From: Promethearchaeia archaeon
GTDB taxonomy: Archaea > Asgardarchaeota > Lokiarchaeia > Sigyniarchaeales > SOKP01
Reading direction: 5' to 3'
DNA length: 64,000 nt
Assembly (NCBI GenBank): GCA_029856145.1
Contig: JAHQWK010000024.1
Span: forward strand, 43,131-107,130
A model generated the notes under the pieces. It was not told the origin of the DNA. It saw only the letters and a program-made list of their open reading frames with translations, and did not search any database. Numbering within the stretch: the stretch's first letter is position 1; each line of letters begins with the position of its first letter. Position numbers and translations under genes: made by a program. Shown one piece after another: positions 1 through 9,316 of this stretch.

Positions 1-1
1 T

Positions 2-721
2 AAAAACAAAAAGGATCTTGTTGAGGAATTAAATTATTATAAATCTCTTATTATAAAGAAAATAAAGAAGGGAGATTATAATTCAGCTTTAGAAAAAGTA
101 AGATCTGCATTAGTATTACTTGAAGAACACCAAGATTCTTTTAATATTAAAAAAGAGCATCTTGAATTTTATGAATTAGCCAAACAAGTAAGGTCAGAAT
201 TATTGGATCATAGAACAATCTATGATCGCCGTTTCAATAATCTTTTAAGAGAAAAGCTCAATGAATCTAATCTTGAAAATTTCTCGAAATTATTAGCCAT
301 GTTAAAAAATGATGTAGACCAAAATCTAGATAAATATAATTTAGGAGACATTTGTGCTAATATTAATAAATACTTCAGATTTATTAAGAAAATGTATGAA
401 ATTCTGAGTTGTTATAAAGTTCTAAATTACCATGATGCTTCTGACAAAATTTTCGAATTTGTGAAAGAAATTAAATCCGAGAATTTCCCAAATCTGAAGA
501 TGTTGATATTATTAACTTATCAAAATTTAGTAAAAGACAGATTATTCGAGTTTTCAAAGGAATTCGATAAACTTCCAATTTCCACTCTTTCTAAAAAAAT
601 GGCTATAAACCAAAACCAGTTAATGAATTTTATTAATCTTATAAGAGAGCAACCTAGAAGTCCAATACAAGATTATAAGTCTAGAACACAAGAAATCGTA
701 TTCAAAAGATCGAGATTTTAA
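2..721 (+). CDS. 5'-truncated helical protein with C-terminal PCI-like winged helix
   Basis: Frame is open from position 2 (KNKKDLVEELNYY...), so the true start lies upstream of the window. C-terminus FDKLPISTLSKKMAINQNQL...QEIVF resembles a PCI wHTH. Confidence 0.6.
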   Translation, partial: KNKKDLVEELNYYKSLIIKKIKKGDYNSALEKVRSALVLLEEHQDSFNIKKEHLEFYELAKQVRSELLDHRTIYDRRFNNLLREKLNESNLENFSKLLAMLKNDVDQNLDKYNLGDICANINKYFRFIKKMYEILSCYKVLNYHDASDKIFEFVKEIKSENFPNLKMLILLTYQNLVKDRLFEFSKEFDKLPISTLSKKMAINQNQLMNFINLIREQPRSPIQDYKSRTQEIVFKRSRF

Positions 722-733
722 TATTAATAAGAA

Positions 734-1657
734 TCATAAACCCCGATAAAGTTCTGGTCGTAAAGTATCTTTATGAGTTATTCCATAATTTATGGTACTT
801 AAGATATTTTCTTTTTCTCGATCTAAAATTCCCTTAATGGGTAAATAATTTGAGGCATGATTACTTCGGAATATGCATTTTGCATTCTTGTTTTTAAAAT
901 CAATTTGATTTATAAAAGTTTTTAATTCTTGAAGAATCTCTATTGAATTCATCTCTAGAAATCCTCCTTTTAACTTTTTTTTAAAGATTTCAGTCCCTGA
1001 AGGAACCATGAGCGTAAGGAATGCAATATACCAAATCCTATCGTCATCCGGACATATTTTATTAACCAAATCAGCTGATTCTAAAGCATGTTCTTGTGAA
1101 ATTTCAGGATTATTTCCACCACCAAGGCCATTTATTAACGTTGCTGATAAAGTTATTCCAGCTTTCATCAATTTTTTAGAAGCTTTAATGTGATCTGATT
1201 TATTTGCTTGTTTGTGTACCATTTCAAGTAAATTATCAGAACCAGACTCAAAACCAACATAAGCGATTTTAAGACCCGCCTCAAACAACATTTTTAGTTG
1301 TTCATCTGATTTTTTAAGTATATCTTTAGAGTGAGCATATACACCACACCTTTCTAAATTTGGAAAAAGTGTATATGCATATTTAGTTACATCTAATAGC
1401 TTCTCAGTAGGGGTAACCATTGCATTTCCATCTAAGAAAAAAATTTTTTTCACATTTGATCCATATTGTTTTCTTGCAATATCTAAATCTTTTTTTACTA
1501 ATTTTACATCCCTAACTAAAAATTTTTTGCGAAGATTTGACATACAAAAATCGCATTTAAATGTACAACCTTCAGTTAATTGAATTAATAGAGAATATGC
1601 TTCACTTGGAGGTCTGAATACAGGTTGGCAATAATAAATTTCTTCCTTGTTTTGCAT
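734..1657 (-). CDS. Radical SAM protein (paralog of 11475..12383)
   Basis: CxxxCxxC motif (CTFKCDFC); RPPSEAYSLLIQLTEGC, YVGFESG and NHASNY motifs. Confidence 0.9.
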   Translation of the reverse strand: MQNKEEIYYCQPVFRPPSEAYSLLIQLTEGCTFKCDFCMSNLRKKFLVRDVKLVKKDLDIARKQYGSNVKKIFFLDGNAMVTPTEKLLDVTKYAYTLFPNLERCGVYAHSKDILKKSDEQLKMLFEAGLKIAYVGFESGSDNLLEMVHKQANKSDHIKASKKLMKAGITLSATLINGLGGGNNPEISQEHALESADLVNKICPDDDRIWYIAFLTLMVPSGTEIFKKKLKGGFLEMNSIEILQELKTFINQIDFKNKNAKCIFRSNHASNYLPIKGILDREKENILSTINYGITHKDTLRPELYRGL

Positions 1658-1695
1658 TATTTAGTAAAAAAATAGTTATAATATTTTAATAGATT

Positions 1696-2379
1696 TCATT
1701 TCTTATCATCTGCATCAGCAGGTTTTTTCGGACAAGAATTTAGGTGGCGTCCAAGTCTAATAAATTCTTTGTTACAATAAGGGCATATCTTTTTTTCGGT
1801 AGATGTACTAGCTTTTCCTTCTGAATCTGTACTAACCTTTTTTCGTTTTTTCTTAAGCTTCGAAGGTATAATATCCTCTATACTTGCGTCGTCAGGTGCA
1901 AACTCACAACTCTGAATATGCGAAGCCAGATTTTCCACGAACTCACCACAAAATGGACATTCATTAGTAATATCAGCAAATTCTTCTGAATCTTCTAAAC
2001 TCGCCTTTCCAGTTTTTCTTTTTTCAAATTTTAATGGAGTTTCTTCATCTTCTTCCTCAAATTCGTCAAGTGTTAAGTCAATTTCATTCTTAGATGTTAT
2101 TTCTGCAATTTCAAACTCTTCTAATCTAATTTCTCTTTCCTTTATTTTTTTTTCAGCTATCTTTTTACTCTCTTCATATACTTCAGAAAAGCGTCGACTA
2201 TTTTTACCTGGGTCATACAACCTGCATACTTGGCAGACAAATGCTCGAGAGCCTAAAGTTAGATCTCTGGCAATACAGTAGCACAAAGATTGAAGACTGT
2301 TACTGATATTACCTTTTGGCTCAAGGTTTTTACACACAATTTTTCTTGAATATTTAATTTTCTGTTTACGTCGCGGCAT
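1696..2379 (-). CDS. Hypothetical protein with two CxxC-x9-H-x3-C zinc fingers and an N-terminal Cys cluster
   Basis: CPFCGEFVENLASHIQSC and CPYCNKEFIRLGRHLNSC; ATG at 2379 (MPRRKQ) preferred over the upstream start. Confidence 0.75.
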   Translation of the reverse strand: MPRRKQKIKYSRKIVCKNLEPKGNISNSLQSLCYCIARDLTLGSRAFVCQVCRLYDPGKNSRRFSEVYEESKKIAEKKIKEREIRLEEFEIAEITSKNEIDLTLDEFEEEDEETPLKFEKRKTGKASLEDSEEFADITNECPFCGEFVENLASHIQSCEFAPDDASIEDIIPSKLKKKRKKVSTDSEGKASTSTEKKICPYCNKEFIRLGRHLNSCPKKPADADDKK

Positions 2380-2480
2380 AATGTAAATCACTAAAAAGAA
2401 GTATATAAAATAGTGATACTTAAAATTTAATTTTTTTGGATTGCAGTTTAATAAATAGATTTTTTTTTTAAAAATTTAAT

Positions 2481-4100
2481 CTAAAAATTAAAATTTATAT
2501 TTTTGAGATCTTTAATAATTTTTTTCTTTAAATCAATGTTTTCTAAATTTAACAATAACTCTTCAACTATATCTCTTAATTCTACAACTTTTTGAATAAG
2601 TAATTCTGGCTTATTCCAAAAATCTGTTCTTAATGGATGCATTTTTAAGATAGCTTTATTAAAATTTTCAATTGCTGCTCGATAAAAAAGGCAAGCATTT
2701 TCTAATTTATTAAGTCGTGATTGATAGATTGAGCCAATTTTATTAAAACACATTCCTGCGCCAGCAAAATCGCCTTCTTTTTCAAAATTTACGGCAGCAT
2801 CTTGAATTTTATTTAAAGCTTCGTCCAAAACCTCATTGTCTCCCTTCTTTAATAGTACATATCCTTTAATATAATATACAACCCCTAAATAAAAACGATG
2901 ATTTTGTTGTTTAGCAAGTTTAAATAACTTGTCAACAAATTCTTCAGCAATGGGTAGATGTTCATTAGAGATACATATTTGGGAGGCATTCCTTAATAAC
3001 TCTAATACTCTCTCAAAATCTTTAATTTCTTTATATTTTTCAATCCCCTGCCTGAATCGTTCGACTCCTGTAATAGCATCTTTTTTTTTAAAAGCCAGAT
3101 TTCCTTCATAAATCAATTGTTCAGCCTCTTCTTTTATTTTGTTCTCCTTCTGCTTTTTTTTCTCTTCGCTCTCACCATAAAAAAAGTCATTAACTCCAAA
3201 TGCGATATCTTGAGTCATAGGAATTTCAGTTAATATATCCTTATTTGAAAAATCATTTTGATTAGAGGAATAATGATAAGTCCTTTCATCTTCTAATGGT
3301 TTTGCTCTTGATGGTACTTGAGTATTTTTTTCTAATGCAAATTCTTCTTTATAAGCAGATTGTAAAGGTTTTCCTTCGGTTACCAATGCAGACAGCTCGG
3401 ATAAAACATTTGCAAAAAAATATTTATTTAATCCATCCACAACATAATCTACTTTATGATAGTTATTATCAAACACAGGATCATTAATATCCATATTTAC
3501 ATTTGTTATTCTATAAATTTCAAATCCCGTATCATATTTAGTCATAGCATACTCAGAACCATCTTCGCTTTTTATAACTTCTTCTTTTTTCTTTCCTAAG
3601 AGAGTATGATCAAATACTAACCCACAAAAATCATTATTATTCTGTTGAAAGCCTAATTGGTTAATTAAATCTATGTAAGAAAAAAATAAGTTTAAACCTG
3701 GATGACTATGGAACCATCCAACCATATAATACTTTTTTCCTTCTTTATCAAGTCTTTCTTGTATTTCCTCAATAAATCCATAATGTCTTTCATCCAACTG
3801 GACATCTGTAGCATGTCCAAATGTTAAAGCTTCAGCACGTTCAACGTATACTAAATCTTCATCAGAATACCCAATTAATATACCATATATTTCTTTCCAT
3901 TCTTCAGGAGGAATTGATTTATTTGCATATCTACTTGTATATAAAATTATTGTCTTATAAGCATCTGCTCTAATAACAACAGGCTTAGTACTTTTTTCTG
4001 TTTGCTTTTCACCTTTAATTTCTTCTTTTTCCGAATCAGCTTCTAAATTTTCTTTTTTGGGAACTTCGTCATTATTAGTTTTCTTGAACTCCTCTGTCAT
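2481..4100 (-). CDS. MPN+/JAMM metallo-isopeptidase (Rpn11/CSN5-like) fused to C-terminal TPR/SNAP-like repeats
   Basis: EIYGILIG...GWFHSHPGLNLFFSYID gives a complete E-HxH-x7-S-x2-D motif; C-terminal helical repeats such as AAVNFEKEGDFAGAGMCFNKIGSIY. Confidence 0.85.
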   Translation of the reverse strand: MTEEFKKTNNDEVPKKENLEADSEKEEIKGEKQTEKSTKPVVIRADAYKTIILYTSRYANKSIPPEEWKEIYGILIGYSDEDLVYVERAEALTFGHATDVQLDERHYGFIEEIQERLDKEGKKYYMVGWFHSHPGLNLFFSYIDLINQLGFQQNNNDFCGLVFDHTLLGKKKEEVIKSEDGSEYAMTKYDTGFEIYRITNVNMDINDPVFDNNYHKVDYVVDGLNKYFFANVLSELSALVTEGKPLQSAYKEEFALEKNTQVPSRAKPLEDERTYHYSSNQNDFSNKDILTEIPMTQDIAFGVNDFFYGESEEKKKQKENKIKEEAEQLIYEGNLAFKKKDAITGVERFRQGIEKYKEIKDFERVLELLRNASQICISNEHLPIAEEFVDKLFKLAKQQNHRFYLGVVYYIKGYVLLKKGDNEVLDEALNKIQDAAVNFEKEGDFAGAGMCFNKIGSIYQSRLNKLENACLFYRAAIENFNKAILKMHPLRTDFWNKPELLIQKVVELRDIVEELLLNLENIDLKKKIIKDLKNINFNF

Positions 4101-4216
4101 TTCAACATTTCCTAATTTAATTATTATTTCTAAAAAAATAATAAGTGTATTCTTAATTAAAATTATGCTTAAAAATTTATATTAACGGATTTTAGCAAAT
4201 AGATTAGAATTGAATT

Positions 4217-4777
4217 TCATTTTTTTTTAGAAATTACCTTTCTAAACCGCTCTTTTATTTCTTCTGGAAGTAAGGGGATATTTTTCACCTGTGCATTTCC
4301 TGGTTGAGCTTTAATAAGCACAAAATGACAACCTAATGTTAAATTCTCTAATATAGGTTTAATCTGTTCCTCTTTATCAATAACTGTGATTGAGTTAAAT
4401 CCAGCGCCTTTAGCGATTATTTCCAACCTTGTTCTATTACTTGTATACGTTTTTTGATCCCCTGTAGATCCATAAGAAGAATTATCAATAACTATCAGAG
4501 TTAAATTATTCGGGTCATTATTCGCTAATGTGCTTAAACTGCCAAGATTCATTAAAATAGAACCATCACCATCAATACAAATTACTTTTTTCTCAGGTTT
4601 AGAAATCGCGATACCAAATGCAATTGAACTTGATAAGCCCATTGAACCTAACATATAAAAATTTTCTTCTCGATCCAATATATCATATAATTCCCTTGAA
4701 GGTGCACCAAGGTTACAAACAATTAATTCATCATCTAATGACTCTACTATTTTTTTTATAGCATCGTATCTTTTCAT
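4217..4777 (-). CDS. comE: Sulfopyruvate decarboxylase beta subunit (TPP-binding)
   Basis: FYMLGSMG and GDGSILMN...DNSSYGSTGDQ TPP motifs; 1-nt gap to the alpha-subunit gene. Confidence 0.85.
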   Translation of the reverse strand: MKRYDAIKKIVESLDDELIVCNLGAPSRELYDILDREENFYMLGSMGLSSSIAFGIAISKPEKKVICIDGDGSILMNLGSLSTLANNDPNNLTLIVIDNSSYGSTGDQKTYTSNRTRLEIIAKGAGFNSITVIDKEEQIKPILENLTLGCHFVLIKAQPGNAQVKNIPLLPEEIKERFRKVISKKK

Positions 4778-4778
4778 G

Positions 4779-5273
4779 TCATTCCCTCCACAAATTCCTT
4801 TTTAAAAGGATGCCAACTAAATTTTTTGATTTTTCACTAATAATTACTGCTTTATTTATTTCAATGACATTATCTACTGAATTAATAATGAATTTTCTAA
4901 TATTTAATAAATCTAAGAGATCTGGCGTAAGTTTACCCATTGGAATTTGAGCTGAAATCTTTTCTCCCTCAGCACCTCTATGACTCATTATAAATATAAC
5001 AGGAATCTTATATAGTTGCAATAATGATTTTATAGCATTTACTGAATTACCTAATCCAGAATTTTGCATCAATATTGCTGGTGTTCGTCCTCCCAAATAA
5101 GCACCTGCTGCAATTCCCATTCCCTCTTCTTCACGCGTTATTGGAATATGCTGAATCTCATTTTTTTCATCAATAAGTTTCAAAAGACCTTTTAGCAAAA
5201 TACAGGGTAATGATAATATCAAATTTATTCCAGATTTTTTAATAGCCTCATATAATAAAATATCTGTATCCAT
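4779..5273 (-). CDS. comD: Sulfopyruvate decarboxylase alpha subunit
   Basis: SLPC, TREEEGMGIAAGAYLGG, MQNSGLGN, SHRG and AQIPMG motifs. Confidence 0.85.
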   Translation of the reverse strand: MDTDILLYEAIKKSGINLILSLPCILLKGLLKLIDEKNEIQHIPITREEEGMGIAAGAYLGGRTPAILMQNSGLGNSVNAIKSLLQLYKIPVIFIMSHRGAEGEKISAQIPMGKLTPDLLDLLNIRKFIINSVDNVIEINKAVIISEKSKNLVGILLKRNLWRE

Positions 5274-5480
5274 AATACTAATGTCTAATTTTACTTAATT
5301 TAATTATAATCATTAATTTTCAAATATCTTTAAAGCTTAAGAATAAACTAAAGTTAGATTTTACTAACAATAAATAATTACATTAAAGTTATTTCAAGAT
5401 CATTATTTAAGTAATATTGTTTACAGAAAATTTAAGTAAATTTAGTGATTAATAAATTTGATTCAATCAAATATTAGAAG

Positions 5481-5867
5481 GTGAATAAAATAGTAATTGA
5501 ATTAGTTGCTTCAATTTATATAATTATAATAGGAATCGCATTGCTATGTATGTGGCTCTTGTTATTAATAAAGAGAGAAGTACCCGAACTTAATACTAAG
5601 CCAACACAAATATTTTTTCATTTAGTTGCTGAATTTCTGACATCTATAATGCTTATAATTGGAGGGATTGGATTGATAATGAATCAATTTTGGGGTGTAG
5701 CAGTATTCTTTATTGCTATTGGAATGGCTATCTATTCTACCATAAACGCAGCAGGTTTTTATGGGCAGTTAAAAGATTGGCCTATGTTTATTACTTTATT
5801 AGTATTTACATTTATTTCTCTTTTAATCACATCATTAATCTTAATTATCGAGTTCCAAATATCATGA
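5481..5867 (+). CDS. Small 4-TM membrane protein
   Basis: Four hydrophobic segments; FHLVAEF motif. Confidence 0.7.
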   Translation: MNKIVIELVASIYIIIIGIALLCMWLLLLIKREVPELNTKPTQIFFHLVAEFLTSIMLIIGGIGLIMNQFWGVAVFFIAIGMAIYSTINAAGFYGQLKDWPMFITLLVFTFISLLITSLILIIEFQIS

Positions 5868-5874
5868 TAAAAAC

Positions 5875-7089
5875 TTAAATAATCCCTTTTTTCCTAAATT
5901 CCCGAATATCTTCATCTGAATATCCAAAGTTTTTAAGAATCTCCATTGTATGTTGGCCAAGTTTAGGAGCAAGTTCTTTTATCTTTAATGGTGTTCGTGA
6001 ATATTTTATAGGTGAAGCTACATTTTGAATTTTCCCAAACTTTGGATGATCCATTTCAATGATCATATTACGTGCTTTAATCTGAGGGTCCTCACAAGCT
6101 TCAGCAAAAGACTTTACTGGCATGATACAAGCGTCGAGATTTTTAAAAATATCCATCCATTCTTTTTGAGTTTTTTTTAAAAATTCTTTTTGTAACTCTA
6201 TAAAGACTTTTTCTCTTTCTTCTCCCTGAGCAAATTGTTTTAGAAATAAATCATCACGTCCTAGAGCTTCACATAATACTCGCCAGAACTTGACTTCAAT
6301 AATCCCTATAGATAAAAATTTATTATCTTTTGTTTTGTAAATGTTGTAAAAAGGAAAATCTCCATGTAAGGGATTTTGTGTTTCAACTCCATCATTTAAA
6401 TCTTTAGAAAAATGGTAGGCAGCTACGAGGGGCATAAAAGAAAAAACAGAATCTGTCATTGATATATCTATATATTGTCCCTTTCTTTCAAGGTTCTTCT
6501 CTCTTTCGATTATTGCACCTAAAATACCTATAGCTGTAACTAGTCCGCCCCCTATATCCGCAACTTGAACACCTGGATTTATCGGCTTTTTTTCTTGAGA
6601 TTCGTCACCATAAACCTTTCGTTCCCTATTTAAATCCAAAATGCCACATATTCCAATGTAATTAAGATCATGACCTGCTATTTGCTCATATGGGCCATAT
6701 TGGCCATAACCCGTTAGAGAACAACAGATTATTGATGGATTAATTGTAGTTAACGTTTTATAGTCAATTTTCAATTTATTCGTAACCTTAGGTCGAAAAG
6801 AATCAAGAACTACATCCGCTTCTTTTACCAATTTATAAAAAATTTCTCGAGCTTTTTCCTTTTTTAAATTAAGTGTAATTGACTTTTTATTTCTATTAAG
6901 AATTGAAGTAAAAGCACTCTCACGATATCTTCCTTTTTGAAAGAATGGAGGTGGTTGACCATAAAAATAACGAGGATCTTCTACCCTAATAACATTAGCA
7001 CCAAGATCAGAGAGTATCATGGAACAAAAAGGTCCAGGTAGCATTCTCGTTAGATCTAATATAATTTTCCCTTCCAAAGGTAATGACAT
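5875..7089 (-). CDS. Family III CoA-transferase (CaiB/BaiF)
   Basis: LEGKIILDLTRMLPGP, LNRNKKSITLNLK, GHDLNY and APKLGQHT motifs; start moved to ATG 7089 (MSLPLEG). Confidence 0.92.
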   Translation of the reverse strand: MSLPLEGKIILDLTRMLPGPFCSMILSDLGANVIRVEDPRYFYGQPPPFFQKGRYRESAFTSILNRNKKSITLNLKKEKAREIFYKLVKEADVVLDSFRPKVTNKLKIDYKTLTTINPSIICCSLTGYGQYGPYEQIAGHDLNYIGICGILDLNRERKVYGDESQEKKPINPGVQVADIGGGLVTAIGILGAIIEREKNLERKGQYIDISMTDSVFSFMPLVAAYHFSKDLNDGVETQNPLHGDFPFYNIYKTKDNKFLSIGIIEVKFWRVLCEALGRDDLFLKQFAQGEEREKVFIELQKEFLKKTQKEWMDIFKNLDACIMPVKSFAEACEDPQIKARNMIIEMDHPKFGKIQNVASPIKYSRTPLKIKELAPKLGQHTMEILKNFGYSDEDIREFRKKGII

Positions 7090-7150
7090 AATAATTAAAA
7101 AATTATATAACATAAAAGTATAAGTAAAAAGCTTGAAATCATAAAGGAAT

Positions 7151-8563
7151 TTATTTTTTCCTTCTTTGAATCCATTCAATATTTCCTTTTTTACTTAATC
7201 TAAATATTTCATATTCATTATTTTTCAAGAGGATCATCCAAGATGATTTAGTAAGGAATTTAATAAGTTCTTCAGTATCACTTAACTCTTTAACAATTAA
7301 TTTTGATGTAAAATTAGTTGTGATAAATTTAACATCTCTTATTATCTCTGATTTATTAGCTAGCTTATCTGAATCATTTAATTCATAAGTAGATAAATCC
7401 CATAAAGAATTTGGAATAAAATCTTCCTCAAGATTTTTTATATCAAGAACTTTTATGTTCTTAAACTTATCAGAAATTTCAATTTCTGATATTTGGTTAA
7501 ATCCAATGTAAAGATGCTGTAATTTTCTTAATTTTTCAAGCCGATTAATCTTGATTATTTTGTTATTTCTTAAGTCTAAAAATTTTAACTTTCTAAGATT
7601 TTCTAATCCTTTTATTTCTTTTATTTGATTATAACTTAAATCTAGAAATTCTAGCTTAGTAAGCTTATCGATTCCTTTGATTTCTGATATCATATTATTA
7701 CTAAGATCTAACCTCCTTAAATTAGTAAGCTTTTCTAATCCCTTTATTTCTGATATATGATTATTTCGAAGATTTAGCACTTCTAAATTTGAATGCTTTT
7801 CAAATTCTTTAATATCAGATATTTTATTATCAAATAACATTAAATATTTCAAATTAGGAAGACAATTTATACCTTCTATTACAGAAATCTCATTATTATT
7901 TAAGTATAGAAACTCAATTTTTTCTAAATTTGATAATCCCTTTATTTTCATAATCCTATTTCCTTGTAAATGTAAAGACGTCAGATTGGTTAATGTATCT
8001 AAACCTTTGATTTCTGGTATTTGATTATAATTTAGATATAATTTCTGTAAATCGATAAGATTTTCCAAATTTTTAACTTTTTCAATATTATCAATGTTAT
8101 TATTATTGAGATTAATGATAGGATAATCCTTAGAAGGAAAAAATATATTTCCTTCAAAATTTACGAATTTTACAATTTTTAACAGAGATTTTAATTTCTC
8201 ATTTGAAATTTTTTCTAATAGTTTAATTATTTGAACCAAACAAAATGAGTTGTTATCATGTTTTAACACCCATGAAATAGGTTTTATCGCTCTTTCTGGA
8301 AAATTAAATATTATAACACTTGCTGCTTGTCCTCGCACCTGATCATTCAAATCTGAGATTAGTAAATTCTCGAGGAAATTAAACACTTTTTCACCTTTAG
8401 GATATATTAATCCTAAAAATTTTAAACTTAATATCCTAGTCTTATCATCATTATCATGGATATCATCAATTACTGATATTAATAAGTCTGAAGCTTGATT
8501 TTTATTTAATATTTTATTCTTAAAATCCTCATAAATCTTAATTGGCGTTAGAACTGGCATCAA
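7151..8563 (-). CDS. HEAT-like N-terminus plus SDS22-type leucine-rich repeat protein
   Basis: About 10 repeats of 22 aa (LxxLxLxxNxIxxIxGLxxLxx); N-terminal LISDLNDQVRGQAA HEAT-like motif. Confidence 0.9.
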   Translation of the reverse strand: MMPVLTPIKIYEDFKNKILNKNQASDLLISVIDDIHDNDDKTRILSLKFLGLIYPKGEKVFNFLENLLISDLNDQVRGQAASVIIFNFPERAIKPISWVLKHDNNSFCLVQIIKLLEKISNEKLKSLLKIVKFVNFEGNIFFPSKDYPIINLNNNNIDNIEKVKNLENLIDLQKLYLNYNQIPEIKGLDTLTNLTSLHLQGNRIMKIKGLSNLEKIEFLYLNNNEISVIEGINCLPNLKYLMLFDNKISDIKEFEKHSNLEVLNLRNNHISEIKGLEKLTNLRRLDLSNNMISEIKGIDKLTKLEFLDLSYNQIKEIKGLENLRKLKFLDLRNNKIIKINRLEKLRKLQHLYIGFNQISEIEISDKFKNIKVLDIKNLEEDFIPNSLWDLSTYELNDSDKLANKSEIIRDVKFITTNFTSKLIVKELSDTEELIKFLTKSSWMILLKNNEYEIFRLSKKGNIEWIQRRKK

Positions 8564-8683
8564 ATTAATAAATTCATGAAATTAAATGATGATTTATTAC
8601 TAATTTATCTTATTTTTTAAAAATAATAAGATAATTAAAAGATACTATTTATTAATTAAAAAAGAAAAAAAATTATTTGAATG

Positions 8684-9196
8684 CTACAACTCAATTATTT
8701 CAGATTCCATTCTTTCTGTATCTACAATAGCAAAAGTAGCTTTACCCGTTATGTAACCACAAATTTCACCGGGATTAATCACTAAAGTACCATTATCCAA
8801 CTTTTTATTAGATAAGAAATGTGTATGACCTGATAGAATTATATCAAAATTACCTGAATTTCCTAAGGCTTCTATTGTCTGTTCTCTGGGCATGTGAGAT
8901 GCAAAAATTCGTTTACCACCTAATTCTAAAATCAATTCATTCCCATTCTGAGGAAATTCACATATTTGACCTAAATTTTCTTTTAGAAAAAGACGTTCTC
9001 CATCATTATTTCCAAAGACCCCCAAAAAATTCTTTTTTATAGAGTCATTTAATTCGTTAAACCATCTCCTAACAAATGGTGCAACATAATCTCCACAGTG
9101 TATAAGTGCATCAACATTTCTTTCATTTATTATAGAAATTGCTTTTAAGATGTTAATTTTGTGGTCATGGGAATCGGAAATTACCGCAATTTTCAT
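8684..9196 (-). CDS. Metallophosphoesterase, YfcE/Vps29-like family
   Basis: ISDSH, HCGD, GNND and SGHTH motifs, plus INPG. Confidence 0.92.
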   Translation of the reverse strand: MKIAVISDSHDHKINILKAISIINERNVDALIHCGDYVAPFVRRWFNELNDSIKKNFLGVFGNNDGERLFLKENLGQICEFPQNGNELILELGGKRIFASHMPREQTIEALGNSGNFDIILSGHTHFLSNKKLDNGTLVINPGEICGYITGKATFAIVDTERMESEIIEL

Positions 9197-9316
9197 TCTT
9201 AAAACTCTCCTTTTATATAGAATTTTTAGGTTTTGTATATAATAAAAATAAATTATTAAATGTTTTATATTAATATTATTGCATTAGTTAAACTAAAGCA
9301 AATTTTTGTTTTTATC

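Noticed and set aside
7089-7179. Extended N-termini in the ORF track (CoA-transferase 7179; also folD 33506, prenyl synthase 9260, Zn finger 13555)
   Set aside because: The extensions overlap neighbouring genes or promoter DNA, and family homology begins at the downstream ATG.
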